A DNA stretch of 64,000 bases. Origin: Clostridiales bacterium. GTDB lineage: Bacteria > Bacillota > Clostridia > Christensenellales > CAG-917. Shown piece by piece: positions 21,105-33,164 of this stretch. The notes below the pieces were generated by a model. The model saw only the letters and a program-made list of their open reading frames with translations. It was not told the DNA's origin and did not search any database. The translations under genes and the position numbers were made by a program. Every line of letters begins with the position of its first letter. Position 1 is the first letter of the stretch. The stretch covers positions 18,801 through 82,800 of the forward strand of contig CP091734.1 of NCBI GenBank assembly GCA_022009995.1. Reading direction: 5' to 3'.

Positions 21105-22626
21105 GGTATTTCCTGTCGTAACTTCTGTATTGTATCGCCTCGGCGATGTGTTTTTCGGAAATGTCTTTCTGCCCGTCAAGGTCGGCGATTGTCCTTGCGA
21201 CTTTTATGATTCTTGTCGTCGCCCTTGCCGATAAGTTGAGTTTCTCGAATGCGCGTTTCAGAAGTTTTTCGCACCCGTCCGACAACTGACAATATTTTTT
21301 AATCATTGCGTTTGTCATCTGGGCGTTGCAGGAAACGTTCGTCCCCTGAAACCTTGCGCGCTGTATTTCCCTTGCCTTGTCGGCGCGGGCTTTGACGTCC
21401 TTTGACGTTTCAAGCGAGGTTCTGTCGGTAAGTTCCCCGTATGAGATATTATCGACCTCGATTTGCAAATCGATTCTGTCAAGGAGCGGTCCGGAAATTT
21501 CCGAGGTAATTTCTTATTTCCCTTGCGGTGCATTTACATTCCGCGGTTTTGCTGCCGTAATTTCCGCACGGACACGGGTTCATACTTGCGACAAGCATAA
21601 AGTTTGCGGGATAATCGACGGTGCGTTGCACGCGCGATACCGTGACTTTCTTGTCTTCCAGGGGCTGTCGGAGCGATTCCAACGTATGGCGTTGATATTC
21701 GGGCATTTCGTCCAGAAACAGCACGCCGTTGTGTGCAAGACTGACTTCGCCGGGAGCCGCCTTTGCCCCGCCGCCGATAAGCGCAGGGATTGTCGTCGTA
21801 TGGTGCGGCGTACGGAAAGGTCGTCTTGTGACGATGCCTTGTTCCGCTTCCAGAATCCCCGCAATGCTGTGGATTTTCGTGACTTCGATGGCTTCTTCGA
21901 AGGTCATATCCGGCATAATCGTGGGAATGCACCTTGCAAGCATCGTTTTGCCTGCGCCGGGCGGTCCCATAAGCAAGATATTGTGTCCGCCGCTTACGGC
22001 GATTTCGACGGCGCGTTTCGCAACGGCTTGTCCTTTTATATCCGACATATCGACGTCGTATCCGTCCGTTTCAACGACGAGTCGTACGACGTGTGCAACA
22101 CGGGAAGGTAATTTTCGACGCCGTTCAGAAAACCCACGACTTCCGACAGTTTTTCAAACGCGAAAACCTCCGTGCCTTCGATGAAAGCGGCTTCTTTCGC
22201 GTTGTCTTTCGGCACGATAAACCTTGTGTAGCCCTGCTGTACGGCGGATATGAGAAGAGGCATCACACCGCATACTCCGCGAAGTTTCCCGTCCAGCGAA
22301 AGTTCGCCCAGAAAAACGAATTCCTTGTACTTTTTCGTCACGATTTGCTCGGACGCGGCAAGGATTCCGACGGCAAGAGCAAGGTCAAAAGTCGGCCCGT
22401 CTTTTTTCGTGTCGGCAGGCGCAAGGTTGACGGTTATCCTTTTTGCCGGATAAATCATACCGCTGTTTTTGATTGCGGAACGAATGCGCTCCTTGGACTC
22501 TTTCACGGCGGTCCCCGCAAGCCCAACGATTTCCATACCCGTAAGACCTGCCGAGATATCTGTTTCGACGTCGACGGCGTATCCTTCGATACCCGTCAGG
22601 GCGTAACACATAACTTTTGATAGCAT
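21097..22626 (-). CDS. comM: YifB/ComM family Mg-chelatase-like AAA+ ATPase (2 frameshifts)
   Basis: Fragments 22036-22626, 21479-22048 and 21097-21468. Lon-like N-terminus [26 protein letters not shown]. Walker [16 protein letters not shown]. ~509 aa. Confidence 0.9.
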
Positions 22627-22824
22627 ATCTGCCCCCTTTCCTTATAGATAAGAGTGTAGCAAATAAATTCCGATTTGCAAACTGTTTTAAGTAATTTTTT
22701 TGCGTTTTTTCGTCGACTTTATAAGGAAGTATAACCTATATATATTTATATAATATATATGCATAAATTAAAGTTAAAAAAATCCGAAAAAGCCCCGCTG
22801 TTTGCGAGGCTTTCAAAGATAAAA

Positions 22825-24815
22825 TCAGATTTCTTTCTTTTCTTTGATTTTAAGGGGTTGGATAAACACGCGCTTGTCGTTGGTCGTGATATCGTAAACA
22901 ACCCAGCCGTAATAAAGCACCGTGATGCAGGCGATGATGTTTGCGATGATGTATCCCGCGTCGCCCTTATTGAAGTACGTGGTTTTGAACGTCGTGCCGA
23001 GGAATCCGGAGAAGTTCATAATCGTCGCAACGTTGACAAACGACATAAACGCCAGAATACCGAACACCCAGAACAGCCTTTCTTCGCCGCTGACCGCAAC
23101 GTACATAAGCAAAAGAATAAGACCTATTGCAAGCGTCGCTTCGTTCATATTAAGGCTGAACACCGACATCGCCGTAAGGAAGAACCCCGCGATAAGCACA
23201 AGTTCCGCCCTGTTGAAGTTTTTGAAATAAAGCGACACCGTGTAAACGATAAGAATCACGCTGAATACGATATTGAGCCAGAACGCCGTGTTGTTGACCG
23301 ACGATCCGTTAAGCCCGAACAAGGCGTAAAGGTTGAACGCGTTGGACACGCAAACCTGCTTGTTGAACATATTAAGGTAATAATTCTTAAAGATATATAC
23401 GATATGTCCCGCTTTGAACATTGACGCAACCGCGCCCGCCGAAATAAGCAGGAACAGCCAGAAACTCACAAACCAGCCGACGCAAATCGTGATAATCGTC
23501 TTTTTGTCCTTCGTTTTTGCCATAATGTACACTTCGTACGCAACGATGAACGGCAATACGTAAATGCCGATCGGCGACCACAGGCAAGTCAACAAACTTC
23601 CGATAAGAAGCATTACGAAATCCTTTTCGGTCAGCGCGTAGAACGTGACGAACAGCAAGAATACAAGCACGGGAACTTCGACGTCGTATCCGCCCGAAAG
23701 AGTGAACATAACGGGAAGCACCGCGTAAACGAGCGCAAGAAGCGCGGAAATCGCGTCGGAAGCGTACTTCTTCGCAAAGTAGTAAATCATCACGACGGTT
23801 GCGCCTTCTAAGATTATCGGGACGAGCTGCAACAAAACGTTGAGCGCACTCAGACTGTAATTGCCGAGGGTGATTTTGCCGACAATCCACATATAGTAAA
23901 GTTGCAACGGCGCGTATTGCGTATATTTAAGCCCTGCCGAGCCGATATCTTGTCCCGCAATGTCCCAAAGAGTTGCGCGCAATGCCGCAGTACCCGCCTG
24001 GTCGAACAGAACGCCCGCCAGAATAAAGCGGATTAAAAGCGCGATAAAAGCAAGCGCGCCCGCGGTCATCCACGACTTTTTAAGCAAGGGTTTGTCTTCC
24101 CTGTTCAGAAGGTAACGATACGCGACGTATGCGCCGGCGATAATCGCGGCTGTCGCGATTGCAAGCATAATAATGTAAACGTTGCCCGTTTTTGTGGAAA
24201 GCGGGTATTCTTTCTCGTGCGGTTTCTTGATTTTTACGATTTCGCCCGAAACGTCTTTTGCCCTTACCCTTTGCACCGACACGTCGTCGAAGCAAGCCTG
24301 ACCGATTGTTTTTTCACCGTTTGCGCCAAGCGTCATTGCGACGGTGATTTCTTGGTGTTGGTGGGTTTGACGTATGCGGTATAAGTCGTCCAGTTTTCCG
24401 AAACCTCGATGCCCGACGCGATAATTCTTGCGCCGTTTTCGGTGATTTCGATACCGCCGCCCTGATACGTGTCGTCCGAGCCGATTTTAAGGCTGTCGTT
24501 TCTTATGCGCGCGGTTACCTTATAAATGCCGTTTTTCCTGACGGCGACGCGCTGATAAAGTTTGGCGTAGTTGCCGGAGGGACTACCGTTGACCAGAACG
24601 AGATAAGCGTTGTCTTTGTCGTCGAGCTTTTTAATGGTCGTGCCGTCTTTGCCGTTGTCGATGGCTTTCGCGATATACCAACCGCTTGAACCGTTGTCGA
24701 ACGAGCCGTTTTCGATAAGTTCCTTTCCGTAAGCGTCGTCGTTGCACGCGGTGAATGCGAAAAAGCATCCGACAATCATAATTACGGCAAGAATCGTGCA
24801 GATTGTTTTTTTCAT
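22825..24815 (-). CDS. Membrane protein: N-terminal signal/lipobox + CBM-like beta-sandwich + polytopic GT-C-like (PMT/ArnT-like) domain (1 frameshift near 24351)
   Basis: ORF 24333-24863 (MKKTICTILAVIMIVGCFFAFTAC..ENGSFDNGSSGW..) continues in the next frame as ..PTNTKEITVAMTLGANGEKTIGQACFDDVSVQRV into ORF 22825-24336 (about 12 predicted TM helices). Confidence 0.75.
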
Positions 24816-24877
24816 AAAATCCTCAAAAATAGCAAAATTGCAGTCTGCCGCGGCAAACTGCAATCTTATTTTTATTA

Positions 24878-25225
24878 TTATTTCCTGATTTCTTCGACTT
24901 TCGCAGCCTTGCCTTTGAGGTCACGGATATAGTACAGTTTTGCGCGACGTACTTTGCCGTAACGGACTATCTCGATGTGGTCGATCTTCGGAGAATGAAG
25001 GGGGAACGTACGTTCAACGCCGACACCGTAGGAAATACGACGTACGGTAAACGTTTCGCGGATGCCGCCGTTCTTTCTGGCGATAACCAATCCTTCGTAT
25101 GCTTGAAGACGTTCACGGTTGCCTTCAACGACCTTAACGAACACTCTGACGGTGTCGCCCGGTTGGAAATCGGGAATATCTTTTCTGATACCTTCGCTTT
25201 CAATTAAATCGATAATGTTGCTCAT
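24878..25225 (-). CDS. rplS: 50S ribosomal protein L19
   Basis: 115 aa from [53 protein letters not shown] upstream. The ORF-track start at 25339 is an upstream extension. Confidence 0.95.
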   Translation of the reverse strand: MSNIIDLIESEGIRKDIPDFQPGDTVRVFVKVVEGNRERLQAYEGLVIARKNGGIRETFTVRRISYGVGVERTFPLHSPKIDHIEIVRYGKVRRAKLYYIRDLKGKAAKVEEIRK

Positions 25226-25447
25226 TTTGACTTTACCTCCAAAAAAATTAACTAAGCGTTCGTGTTCCCGATTGTCCGTAACAGAGGACCGCCCGAAGTC
25301 ATACTCAAAGAGTTTAGCATATAAAACGAAAACCGACAAGCGATTTTAAGGTATTTTCGCACAAAATTTGCCTTATTTTTATATTAAATAACAATAAAGC
25401 GCGCGATTTTCCCGAAATTATGCGGATTTGTTGGCATACAACCCAAA

Positions 25448-25781
25448 TTATTCGTCCTTTGCCGCCTCTTCGTACTCTTTGACGTACAGGTTGTAAATTC
25501 TTTCAAGTTCCTTTTCGTCTTCGACGGGATTTACGAATTCTTCTCCGTTTTGTCTCACCGTATTCGCAGATAAGCACTTCGTCCTCGGCGATGTCGTCGC
25601 TGGGATCGACGGGATTAAGGAAAAGATAATTTTTCCCGCCGTCTTCGATATACCATACGACGCGGAAGTCTTCGTCCTTATCGGTGTTTTCGTTATGAAG
25701 AGTGACGATTTCTTCTTCGTCTTCGAAGTCTTCTTCAAGGTTATAATTTTCTTCCGGAATTTCTTTTTCTTTGTCTGCCAT
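25448..25781 (-). CDS. DUF1292 (UPF0473) family protein (1 frameshift near 25540-25560)
   Basis: Acidic small protein MADKEKEIPEENY..VTLHNENTDKDEDFRVVWYIEDGGKNYLFLNPVD.. with tail ..NGEEFVNPVEDEKELERIYNLYVKEYEE in the second frame. Confidence 0.7.
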
Positions 25782-25791
25782 AATATGCTCC

Positions 25792-26439
25792 TTAAACGTT
25801 GTGTATTTGCTCGATAACGGCTGCGGGATCTTCGGCTTTGAAAACCGCGCTGCCCGCAACGATGATATCGGTGCCTGCTTCTTTCAATTCCTTAAAGTTT
25901 TTCGGGCTTGCGCCGCCGTCCATCTCGATTTCGACGTTCCTGTCTCCGATGAGTTTTTTGCACTCGCGGATTTTATCAAGGGTTTCGGGAATGAACGATT
26001 GTCCGCCGAATCCCGCGTACACGCCCATAATGATAACGACGTCGATAATATCAAGGTACGGCTCGATCATCGACAACGGTTTGTCGGGGTTTAAGACAAG
26101 TCCGCACTTCTTGCCCGCGTCTTTTATCGTCTTCAACGCGCCCGCTACGTCGTCCGACGCGTCGGGGTGGAAAGTGATGACGTCCGCGCCCGCCGCAATA
26201 AACTGCGGAATGTACTTTTCGGGCTTTATTATCATCAAATGCACGTCTAAAATGCCGTTTGTGTATTTTCGGAGTGCTTTTATCATGTCCATACCAAACG
26301 TGATGTTGGGCACGAAAACACCGTCCATTACGTCGCAGTGAATGACGTCGGCATGCCACTTGTCAAGGTTTTGGACGGCTTCCGCCATCTTTGCGAAATC
26401 CGCCGATAAAATGCTTGGCGCAACTTTAACTTTACTCAT
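25792..26439 (-). CDS. rpe: Ribulose-phosphate 3-epimerase
   Basis: Intact. MSKVKVAPSILSADF...VIHCDVMDGVFVPNITFG. GGAGGA RBS before the ATG at 26439. Confidence 0.94.
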   Translation of the reverse strand: MSKVKVAPSILSADFAKMAEAVQNLDKWHADVIHCDVMDGVFVPNITFGMDMIKALRKYTNGILDVHLMIIKPEKYIPQFIAAGADVITFHPDASDDVAGALKTIKDAGKKCGLVLNPDKPLSMIEPYLDIIDVVIIMGVYAGFGGQSFIPETLDKIRECKKLIGDRNVEIEMDGGASPKNFKELKEAGTDIIVAGSAVFKAEDPAAVIEQIHNV

Positions 26440-27301
26440 ATCTTTTCCTCCATTTCTCATTCAGTTCGTTGTATAAAACGCAATACCTTTCGTATCTGTT
26501 TCGATATTTTTCCGCTTTCGACGGCGTCTTTGACGGCGCAATCGGGCTCTTTTTATGTGAGTGCAGCCGGTGCGGAATCTGCACTTTCCGGCATACGGCG
26601 CAAACTCGTCGTAAAAATATACAAGTTCCTGCGGGCGGAAATTTTCGGGAAGTTCCAGCATCGAAAATCCGCACGTGTCGATGATTCTCGCGCCGCTGAC
26701 GACAAGTATTTCCGACTGCCTCGTGGTGTGTTTTCCCCTTTCGGTTTTTTTGGAAAGACCACCCGTTTCCTGCGATTCCGTCCCCGTCAGCATGTTGAGC
26801 AAACTCGATTTTCCGACAGCGGATTGTCCCGCAAGACACGCCGTTTTCCCTTTCGTTTTTTCAAAAATTTTATCCTTGTTAAGTTTTGTTTTCGCGCTTG
26901 TCGCGATTACGTCCAACACGTCCCGATAATCGCTTTCGGTACATTTCACGAAACTCTCGTCAGCAATATCCGTTTTGTTGATTAAAAGCACCGGCTCGAT
27001 ACCGTTCATTCTTGCGTTGACGATGATTTTGTCAACCAGCATAAAGTCGGGCGCGGGCACGGGCGCGATTACGATAAAACACACGTCCACGTTCGCGACG
27101 TACGGGCGTATCAGCGCGTTTCCGTTCGTATACCTTTGCGATTACGAAATCCTTGCCCTGTTTTTCGACGCCGACCTTGTCGCCGACGCGAATTTCGCCG
27201 TCGATTTTGAGTTTTCCGCGTGCATAGGACGTGATGATTCCGTCCGCCGTATCGACCTTATATCGGGAAGCAACGCCCTTTATCACAAGCCCGTCAATCA
27301 T
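26432..27301 (-). CDS. rsgA: Ribosome small-subunit-dependent GTPase A (at least 2 frameshifts)
   Basis: OB-fold N-terminus (27032-27301). Circularly permuted GTPase LLINKTD ... CLAGQSAVGKSSLLNML. Zn-knuckle C..CTHIKEPDC. C-terminus in a third frame ending at 26432. Confidence 0.9.
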
Positions 27302-28324
27302 TCACGTATCTCCTGCGAAGTTGTCCGCACGCGCCGTCGATGTCGCTGCCCATGGTGCGGCGTACCGTTGCCGAAATGCCGTTTTCTTCCAAAATCTTTT
27401 TCATTTCTTCGGCGTCGTCCGCCCCGCGCAAGCCCTTTTCCTTGACGTAATTAAGCCTGATAAGGTTGACGTGGCAGGGTTTTCCTTTCAGCACTTTTGC
27501 AAGCGTTAACATGTTTTCCTTGCCGTCGTTGACGCCTTTTATCAATGCGTATTCGAAAATGTATCGTCTGCCCGTTTTGTCAAAGTAATATTTCGCGGCG
27601 TCAAGAATATCCGCGATTTTATATTTGTTTGCCGTGGGCATTATGGTTTTTCGTATTTCGTCGGTCGGGGCGTGCAGCGATATCGTAAGGGTTACGCTGA
27701 ACCCGTCGTCGGCAAGTTTTCTTATTTTATCGGTGATGCCGCACGTCGATAACGACACGTTTCTTTCGGACACGTTGATGCCGTCCTTGTCGTTCAGAAG
27801 GCACAAAAACTTCGTAACTTCGTCATAGTTGTCAAGCGGCTCCCCACTGCCCATAAGCACGACGTTTGTAACGGCGCGCTTGTCGGCGGTTGCACCTTCG
27901 TCGCGGTTGACTTCCAGAATCTCGCCAAGGATTTCCCCCGCCGTCAGGTTTCTGATAAGTCCGTCGATGCCCGACGCGCAGAAAGCGCAGTTCATACGGC
28001 AACCGACCTGCGTCGATACGCACAAAGTATTGCCGTATTTATATCTCATCAGCACGCCTTCGACGATATTGCCGTCGTCAAGCGCGAAAAGATATTTCAC
28101 CGTGCCGTCGCGCGACACGAGTTTTTGAAAATGCTCACGCCCGTCACGACGTATTCTTCCGAAAGTTTTGCGGTAAGGCTTTTTGGCAAATTCGACATTT
28201 TATCGAACGGCGTTGCCTGATGAACCCACTTAAACAGTTGTTTGGCGCGATAAGACGGCTCTCCGAAAGTTTTCAGTATTTCGGAAAGTTCCGCTTCGTT
28301 GAAGTTTGACAAAGCCGTTTTCAT
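27294..28324 (-). CDS. rlmN: 23S rRNA (adenine2503-C2)-methyltransferase RlmN (1 frameshift near 28100)
   Basis: Radical-SAM motif VSTQVGCRMNCAFCASG. N-terminus EPSYRAKQLFKWVH. ~343 aa. Confidence 0.92.
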
Positions 28325-29565
28325 TTGCGCCTTAATCTCCTTATAAAGAACCCGTCGTGCGTGTCGCAAGGCAGGTATTGACCGTCGAATTCCGACGGAT
28401 ATTTTTCAAAATCGTTGTTGTTTTTCAAAAATTCTTCGACGTTGTCGTCGTTTTCTTCCTTGAAAATCGTGCAGGTCGAATACACCAGAAGCCCGCCTCT
28501 TTTCACGTAGTTTTTTGCGTTGTCGAGTATCGAATACTGCACCTTTTTCAACGCGGCAATATCGTTCTCGTTTCTGTTCAGAAGTACGTCGGGCTGTTTT
28601 TTCACGACTCCCATCGCGCTGCACGGCACGTCGCAAAGCACTCTGTCGAAATATCCCGCCCATTCCTTATTGAACGCCGTCCCGTCAAAAAGCGTCGGCG
28701 TCACGTTTTTCACGTGCATGCGCCTTGCGTACGCCCCGATAAGTTCCACCCTGTGCGGATGAATATCGCAGGCAACGACGTTCGCAGTCGGGTTTTTTTC
28801 GGCGACGAATATAGCTTTGCCGCCGGGCGCGGAACATACGTCCAGCACGTTTTGCCCGTCTTTTACGTCAAGCGCGAGCGCGGCGTACGTCGACGTCAGC
28901 GACTGATAAGTAATCCGCCCTTCGATAAACAATTTTTTCAGAAGCGGATTCATCGAAACGTAATAACCCGTCTTTGTTTTTTCAAATTTATAGCCGGCGT
29001 TTTCAAGGTCACGTTCAAACTTTTCGTCCGAATAAATAAGCCCGTTCGTTCTCACGTGGGTGCCGCCGCGTTTTTTTGCCGCAACGATTTCTTTGCCTTT
29101 TTCACGCCCGTATTCCGAAAAGATCTTGTTTATCGCCCATTCGGGATAACCGTACCTTATCGAAAGCGCATATGTGCCGTCGCCGTCGGGCAGACTTATT
29201 TTTTCGGTTGCCGCGCGTTTCAGCACGGCGTTGACAAAGCCTTTGTACGCGCCCTTGTTTATGGTTTTTGCAAGGTCTACGCTGTTGTTGACAACGGCGT
29301 AATCTGGCAAAGAATCCATATAATCCAAACAATATATCCCCTGTTTCAAAACAATGCAAATTGCGCTTTTCGGGCGTTTATCCACAAGTTTTGACAACTT
29401 AAAGTCAAGTTCGTTGTTTTTTTCAAGCACGCCCATCACGATGCGATAAATAATATCGGCATTTTCGTCGCCTTCGATTTCTTTATATACGGCGTCGGAC
29501 ACGTACGCACCTTCTTTGAAAATTTTTGAAAGCGCGTTGTAGCTTGAAAAAAGGTAATTTGCCAT
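28321..29565 (-). CDS. rsmB: 16S rRNA (cytosine967-C5)-methyltransferase RsmB
   Basis: Intact 414 aa. DVCSAPGGKA, VLCDVPCSAMGV, YSTCTI. Confidence 0.92.
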   Translation of the reverse strand: MANYLFSSYNALSKIFKEGAYVSDAVYKEIEGDENADIIYRIVMGVLEKNNELDFKLSKLVDKRPKSAICIVLKQGIYCLDYMDSLPDYAVVNNSVDLAKTINKGAYKGFVNAVLKRAATEKISLPDGDGTYALSIRYGYPEWAINKIFSEYGREKGKEIVAAKKRGGTHVRTNGLIYSDEKFERDLENAGYKFEKTKTGYYVSMNPLLKKLFIEGRITYQSLTSTYAALALDVKDGQNVLDVCSAPGGKAIFVAEKNPTANVVACDIHPHRVELIGAYARRMHVKNVTPTLFDGTAFNKEWAGYFDRVLCDVPCSAMGVVKKQPDVLLNRNENDIAALKKVQYSILDNAKNYVKRGGLLVYSTCTIFKEENDDNVEEFLKNNNDFEKYPSEFDGQYLPCDTHDGFFIRRLRRK

Positions 29566-29567
29566 AA

Positions 29568-30480
29568 TTACAGTTCTTCCCCGACGGCGATACGATGACC
29601 GAGAAGATAATCTTTCGCGCTCATTTTCCTGCCGTTTTCGGGTTGCAGAATTTGAATGTTCAAGGCGTCTTTACCGCACGCGACGATAAGCCCGTCCTTG
29701 TCGGCTTTCAGCACCTGTTTGGGACTTCCCTGCATATTTTCGACCGTCGCTTTGATGATTTTCATCTTCTTTCCGCCGCACGTGGTATATGCCGACGGCC
29801 ACGGCGTCAGACCCTGAATCCTGTGTTTGATATCGGTTGCCGACATCGAAAAATCTATTTCGCCGTCTTCCTTTTTAAGCATGGGGAAATAAGTCATTTC
29901 GTCTTCGTTTTGCGGCGTGAAAGTCGCTTTTCCGCTTTCGATAAGGTCAAGCGCCTCGATAAGTGCGGGCGCGCCGAGCGCAGATAATTTCTCAAAAAGT
30001 TCCCCCGCCGTTTCGTCAACGCCTACGGCAACGCGTTTTTGCAGAATAATATCGCCGCTGTCCATTTTATAAGCGGTCTGCATAATTGTCACGCCCGTTT
30101 CCTTTTCGCCGTTGATGACCGCCCACTGTATTGGCGAACTTCCGCGGTATTTCGGCAACAGCGACGCATGCACGTTGATGACGCCGCGCGGAGCAATCGC
30201 AAGAAAGTCGCGCGACAGCATTTGTCCGAACGCGGCGGTAACGATGACGTCGGGATTAAGCGCGCGTATATCGTCGATGCCTTCACGGCTCACCTTTTCG
30301 TACTGCAAAACTTTCAGCCCGTGTTTCGGCGCACACCTTGACGGGACACGCCGATACGACGCCGCGGTTTCTCGGGCGGTCGGGCTGCGTGACAACCGCG
30401 ATTACCTCGTGGCGGCTGTTAATAAGTTGTTCAAGACACGGCACGGAAAAATCCGGCGTGCCCATAAAAATCACTCTCAT
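29568..30480 (-). CDS. fmt: Methionyl-tRNA formyltransferase (1 frameshift near 30290-30395)
   Basis: [47 protein letters not shown]. ~304 aa. Confidence 0.93.
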
Positions 30481-30481
30481 A

Positions 30482-30940
30482 TTATCTGTCGGCAGGTTCG
30501 TCTGTTTTTTTATCCTTGAAAAGGATACCGTCAAGATGGTCGATTTCGTGACAGAACGCGACCGCCGGGAAGCCCTGCACGTCGTACGTTTGTTCGTTGC
30601 CGAAGCGGTCGAACGCCGTCACCTTGACGCGGTAAGGTCTTTTCACGTTGCAGTTGTAGCCGGGGATCGAAAGACAGCCTTCCTGCCCCACCTGACTGCC
30701 CTCGCTTTCGACGATGACGGGGTTGACAAGTTCGTACTTATTGCCGTCCTCGACGTCAACGACCGCGATACGTCTTAAAACGCTGACCTGCGGCGCGGCA
30801 AGCCCAACGCCGTCCGCTTTATACATAGTATCCCACATATCGTCGATAAGCACGCCGAGTCTTTCGTTGAATTCCGTCACGGGGCGGCACTTTTTTCGCA
30901 GTGCGGGATCGCCCTCTTTCGTAATTTGTCTTATTGCCAT
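30482..30940 (-). CDS. def: Peptide deformylase
   Basis: Intact 152 aa with the three PDF motifs [25 protein letters not shown]. Confidence 0.96.
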   Translation of the reverse strand: MAIRQITKEGDPALRKKCRPVTEFNERLGVLIDDMWDTMYKADGVGLAAPQVSVLRRIAVVDVEDGNKYELVNPVIVESEGSQVGQEGCLSIPGYNCNVKRPYRVKVTAFDRFGNEQTYDVQGFPAVAFCHEIDHLDGILFKDKKTDEPADR

Positions 30941-30964
30941 AATATGCCTCTTTTTTATAATCTC

Positions 30965-33161
30965 TTAAACAAGCGACTGCGGATTGATTTCCACAAAAAC
31001 CCACAGCCCGTCTTTGCCGCGATAGGCGTCGGCGATTTCGAAAATACGCTGTTTGACGGTTTCGAAATTCTGCGGTTTTATACGCATCAGAAGTTGGTAT
31101 CTGTACCTGTTCTGAATGCGGGTTACGGGTGCTTTCGAGCCTTTGTAATATATAAAGTCGGGCTTGAATTCTTCAAGCAGGACTTTCATTTTCTCGTTTA
31201 TGTTTTTTGCGGCGTCCATCGCCTTCCGGTCGGACGTCGACGTAATAAGGATACGAACTATGTTCGTAAACGGCGGGAATTTGGTGACTTCCCTTGTGTT
31301 TTTTTCTTTCAGATAAAAGTTTTTGTAATCGTACGAGGCGGCGTATCTGAAAACGTAATGGCGCGGCGTATAGGTCTGAATAATGACCTTTCCGCTTTTA
31401 CCCGCGCGCCCCGCGCGCCCCGCAACCTGCGTGATAAGTTGGAACGTGCGCTCGTTACTTCTGTAATCGGAAAGATACAAACTGAAATCGGCGTCCAGAA
31501 TCCCGACAAGAGTTACGTTCTGGAAATCGTGTCCTTTTGCAATCATCTGCGTGCCGACAAGCACGTCCGCTTCGCCCTTTGAAAACGCCGAAAGTATGCG
31601 CTGATGCGCCCCTTTCTCGCTTGTCGTGTCGTTGTCCATGCGTAAAACGCGCGCTTCGGGCAAAACTTTTTTGACTTCTTCCACGACGCGTTCCGTCCCG
31701 ATCCTGCCCTGACGGATGTTCGTCCCGTGGCATATCGGACAGCGGTCGATCATTTCGTATCGTTTCCCGCAGTAGTGGCATTTCAGTTGATTGTCTTCCT
31801 TGTGATAAGTCAACGAAACGTCACAGTCCTTGCACTTTAATATAAAGCCGCAGTCTTTGCACATTACGAAACTTGCAAAACCGCGCCTGTTCAGAAAGAT
31901 TATCGCCTGCTCTTTGCCGCAATCGTTTTTCTGAGCGCGTCTTTCAGCGACGTCGAAAACACGTCGCGATTGCCCGCGCGAAGTTCACGGCTCATATCGA
32001 CGACTTCCATTTCCGGAAGCAGCAGATTGTTTATGCGGTGCGGAAGTTCCAGAAGTTTATATTCGCCCTTTTCCGCCTTGTAATACGACTCCACCGACGG
32101 CGTCGCGCTGCCGAGAACAAGCGGACACGAGTTGTATCCCGCGCGGAACCCCGCAATTTCCACGGTGTCGTAACGGGGATTTCCTTCCGAAACGTAACTT
32201 CCGTCGTGCTCCTCGTCGATGATGATGACTCCGAGGTTTTCAAGGGGTGCGAATATCGCCGACCTTGCGCCGACGGCAACCGTCGCTTCGCCGCTTCTGA
32301 GCCTTCGCCATTCGTCAAACCTTTCGCCCTGCGACAACCCGCTGTGCAGTATCGCCACTTTGTCGCCGAATCTTTCCTTAAACTGCAAAAAGACCTGCGG
32401 CGTCAGCGAGATTTCGGGCACGAGCATTATCGCGGTTTTGTTTTTCGATAAAGCGTCCTCGATGCAGTGCATATACACTTCGGTCTTTCCGCTCCCGGTG
32501 ACGCCGTGCAACAAAAAAACGTGCCGGTGCCTTTCGTGATTTCGTCAACGGCTTTTTTTGCTGATCGGGGTTTAACGTCGGGCGGGATTTTTTTGCTTGT
32601 TGATAAGACTTCGGGCGTCCTTAATTTTTTTCAACCGAATAAACTTCGATATATCCGCAGTTTATGAGCGAATTTACCGCCGAGTTTCCGAATGTTTTCG
32701 TAAGATACGCTTTTTTTGACGTCGGAATTATCTTTCAGATATTCCACGCAGGCGCGTTGCTGTTTCGCGCGCGACGATATCGTGTCCAGAAAAGTATCCG
32801 CGTCACCCGAAAGTTTTGCGTACTCGACGTGAACGGGTTTTATCACTCCGCCGCGAAGTCCTGCCGGCAAAAACAGCCTTAACAGGTCGATATATCTTAA
32901 ATTCAGGCTTTTTGAAAAGTTGCGCATAAGCGCAATCATTTCGGGCGTGACCGCAACGAAGTCGTCAAGCGGCTTTATTATTTCTTTGATTTTGTCGGGA
33001 TAATCGGTTTTGTCCTTCACGCCGATGACGAATCCTTCCAGAGTGTTCTTCCCGAAAGGCACAAGGACGCGCTCGCCGACTTTCACGTCGTCGGGCATGA
33101 TATAATCAAAAATCTTATCCGTTTCGGACAAGGCTATGTCAACGATTACCTCCGCTATCAT
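30965..33161 (-). CDS. priA: Primosomal protein N' (PriA helicase; 2 frameshifts)
   Basis: Fragments 32631-33161, 31900-32514 and 30965-31864. Walker A LHGVTGSGKTEVY, IIIDEEHD, Cys-rich insert CKDCGFILKCKDCDVSLTYH..CHYCG. ~732 aa. Confidence 0.93.
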
Positions 33162-33164
33162 TTA

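Noticed and set aside
25226-25340. Possible ribosomal-protein L19 leader upstream of rplS
   Set aside because: A ~110-nt 5' region with a plausible promoter (TTGTCG-N17-TAAACT on the minus strand) exists. However, I cannot reproduce the L19-leader consensus from memory, nor show convincing conserved helices, so a covariance-model scan is needed.
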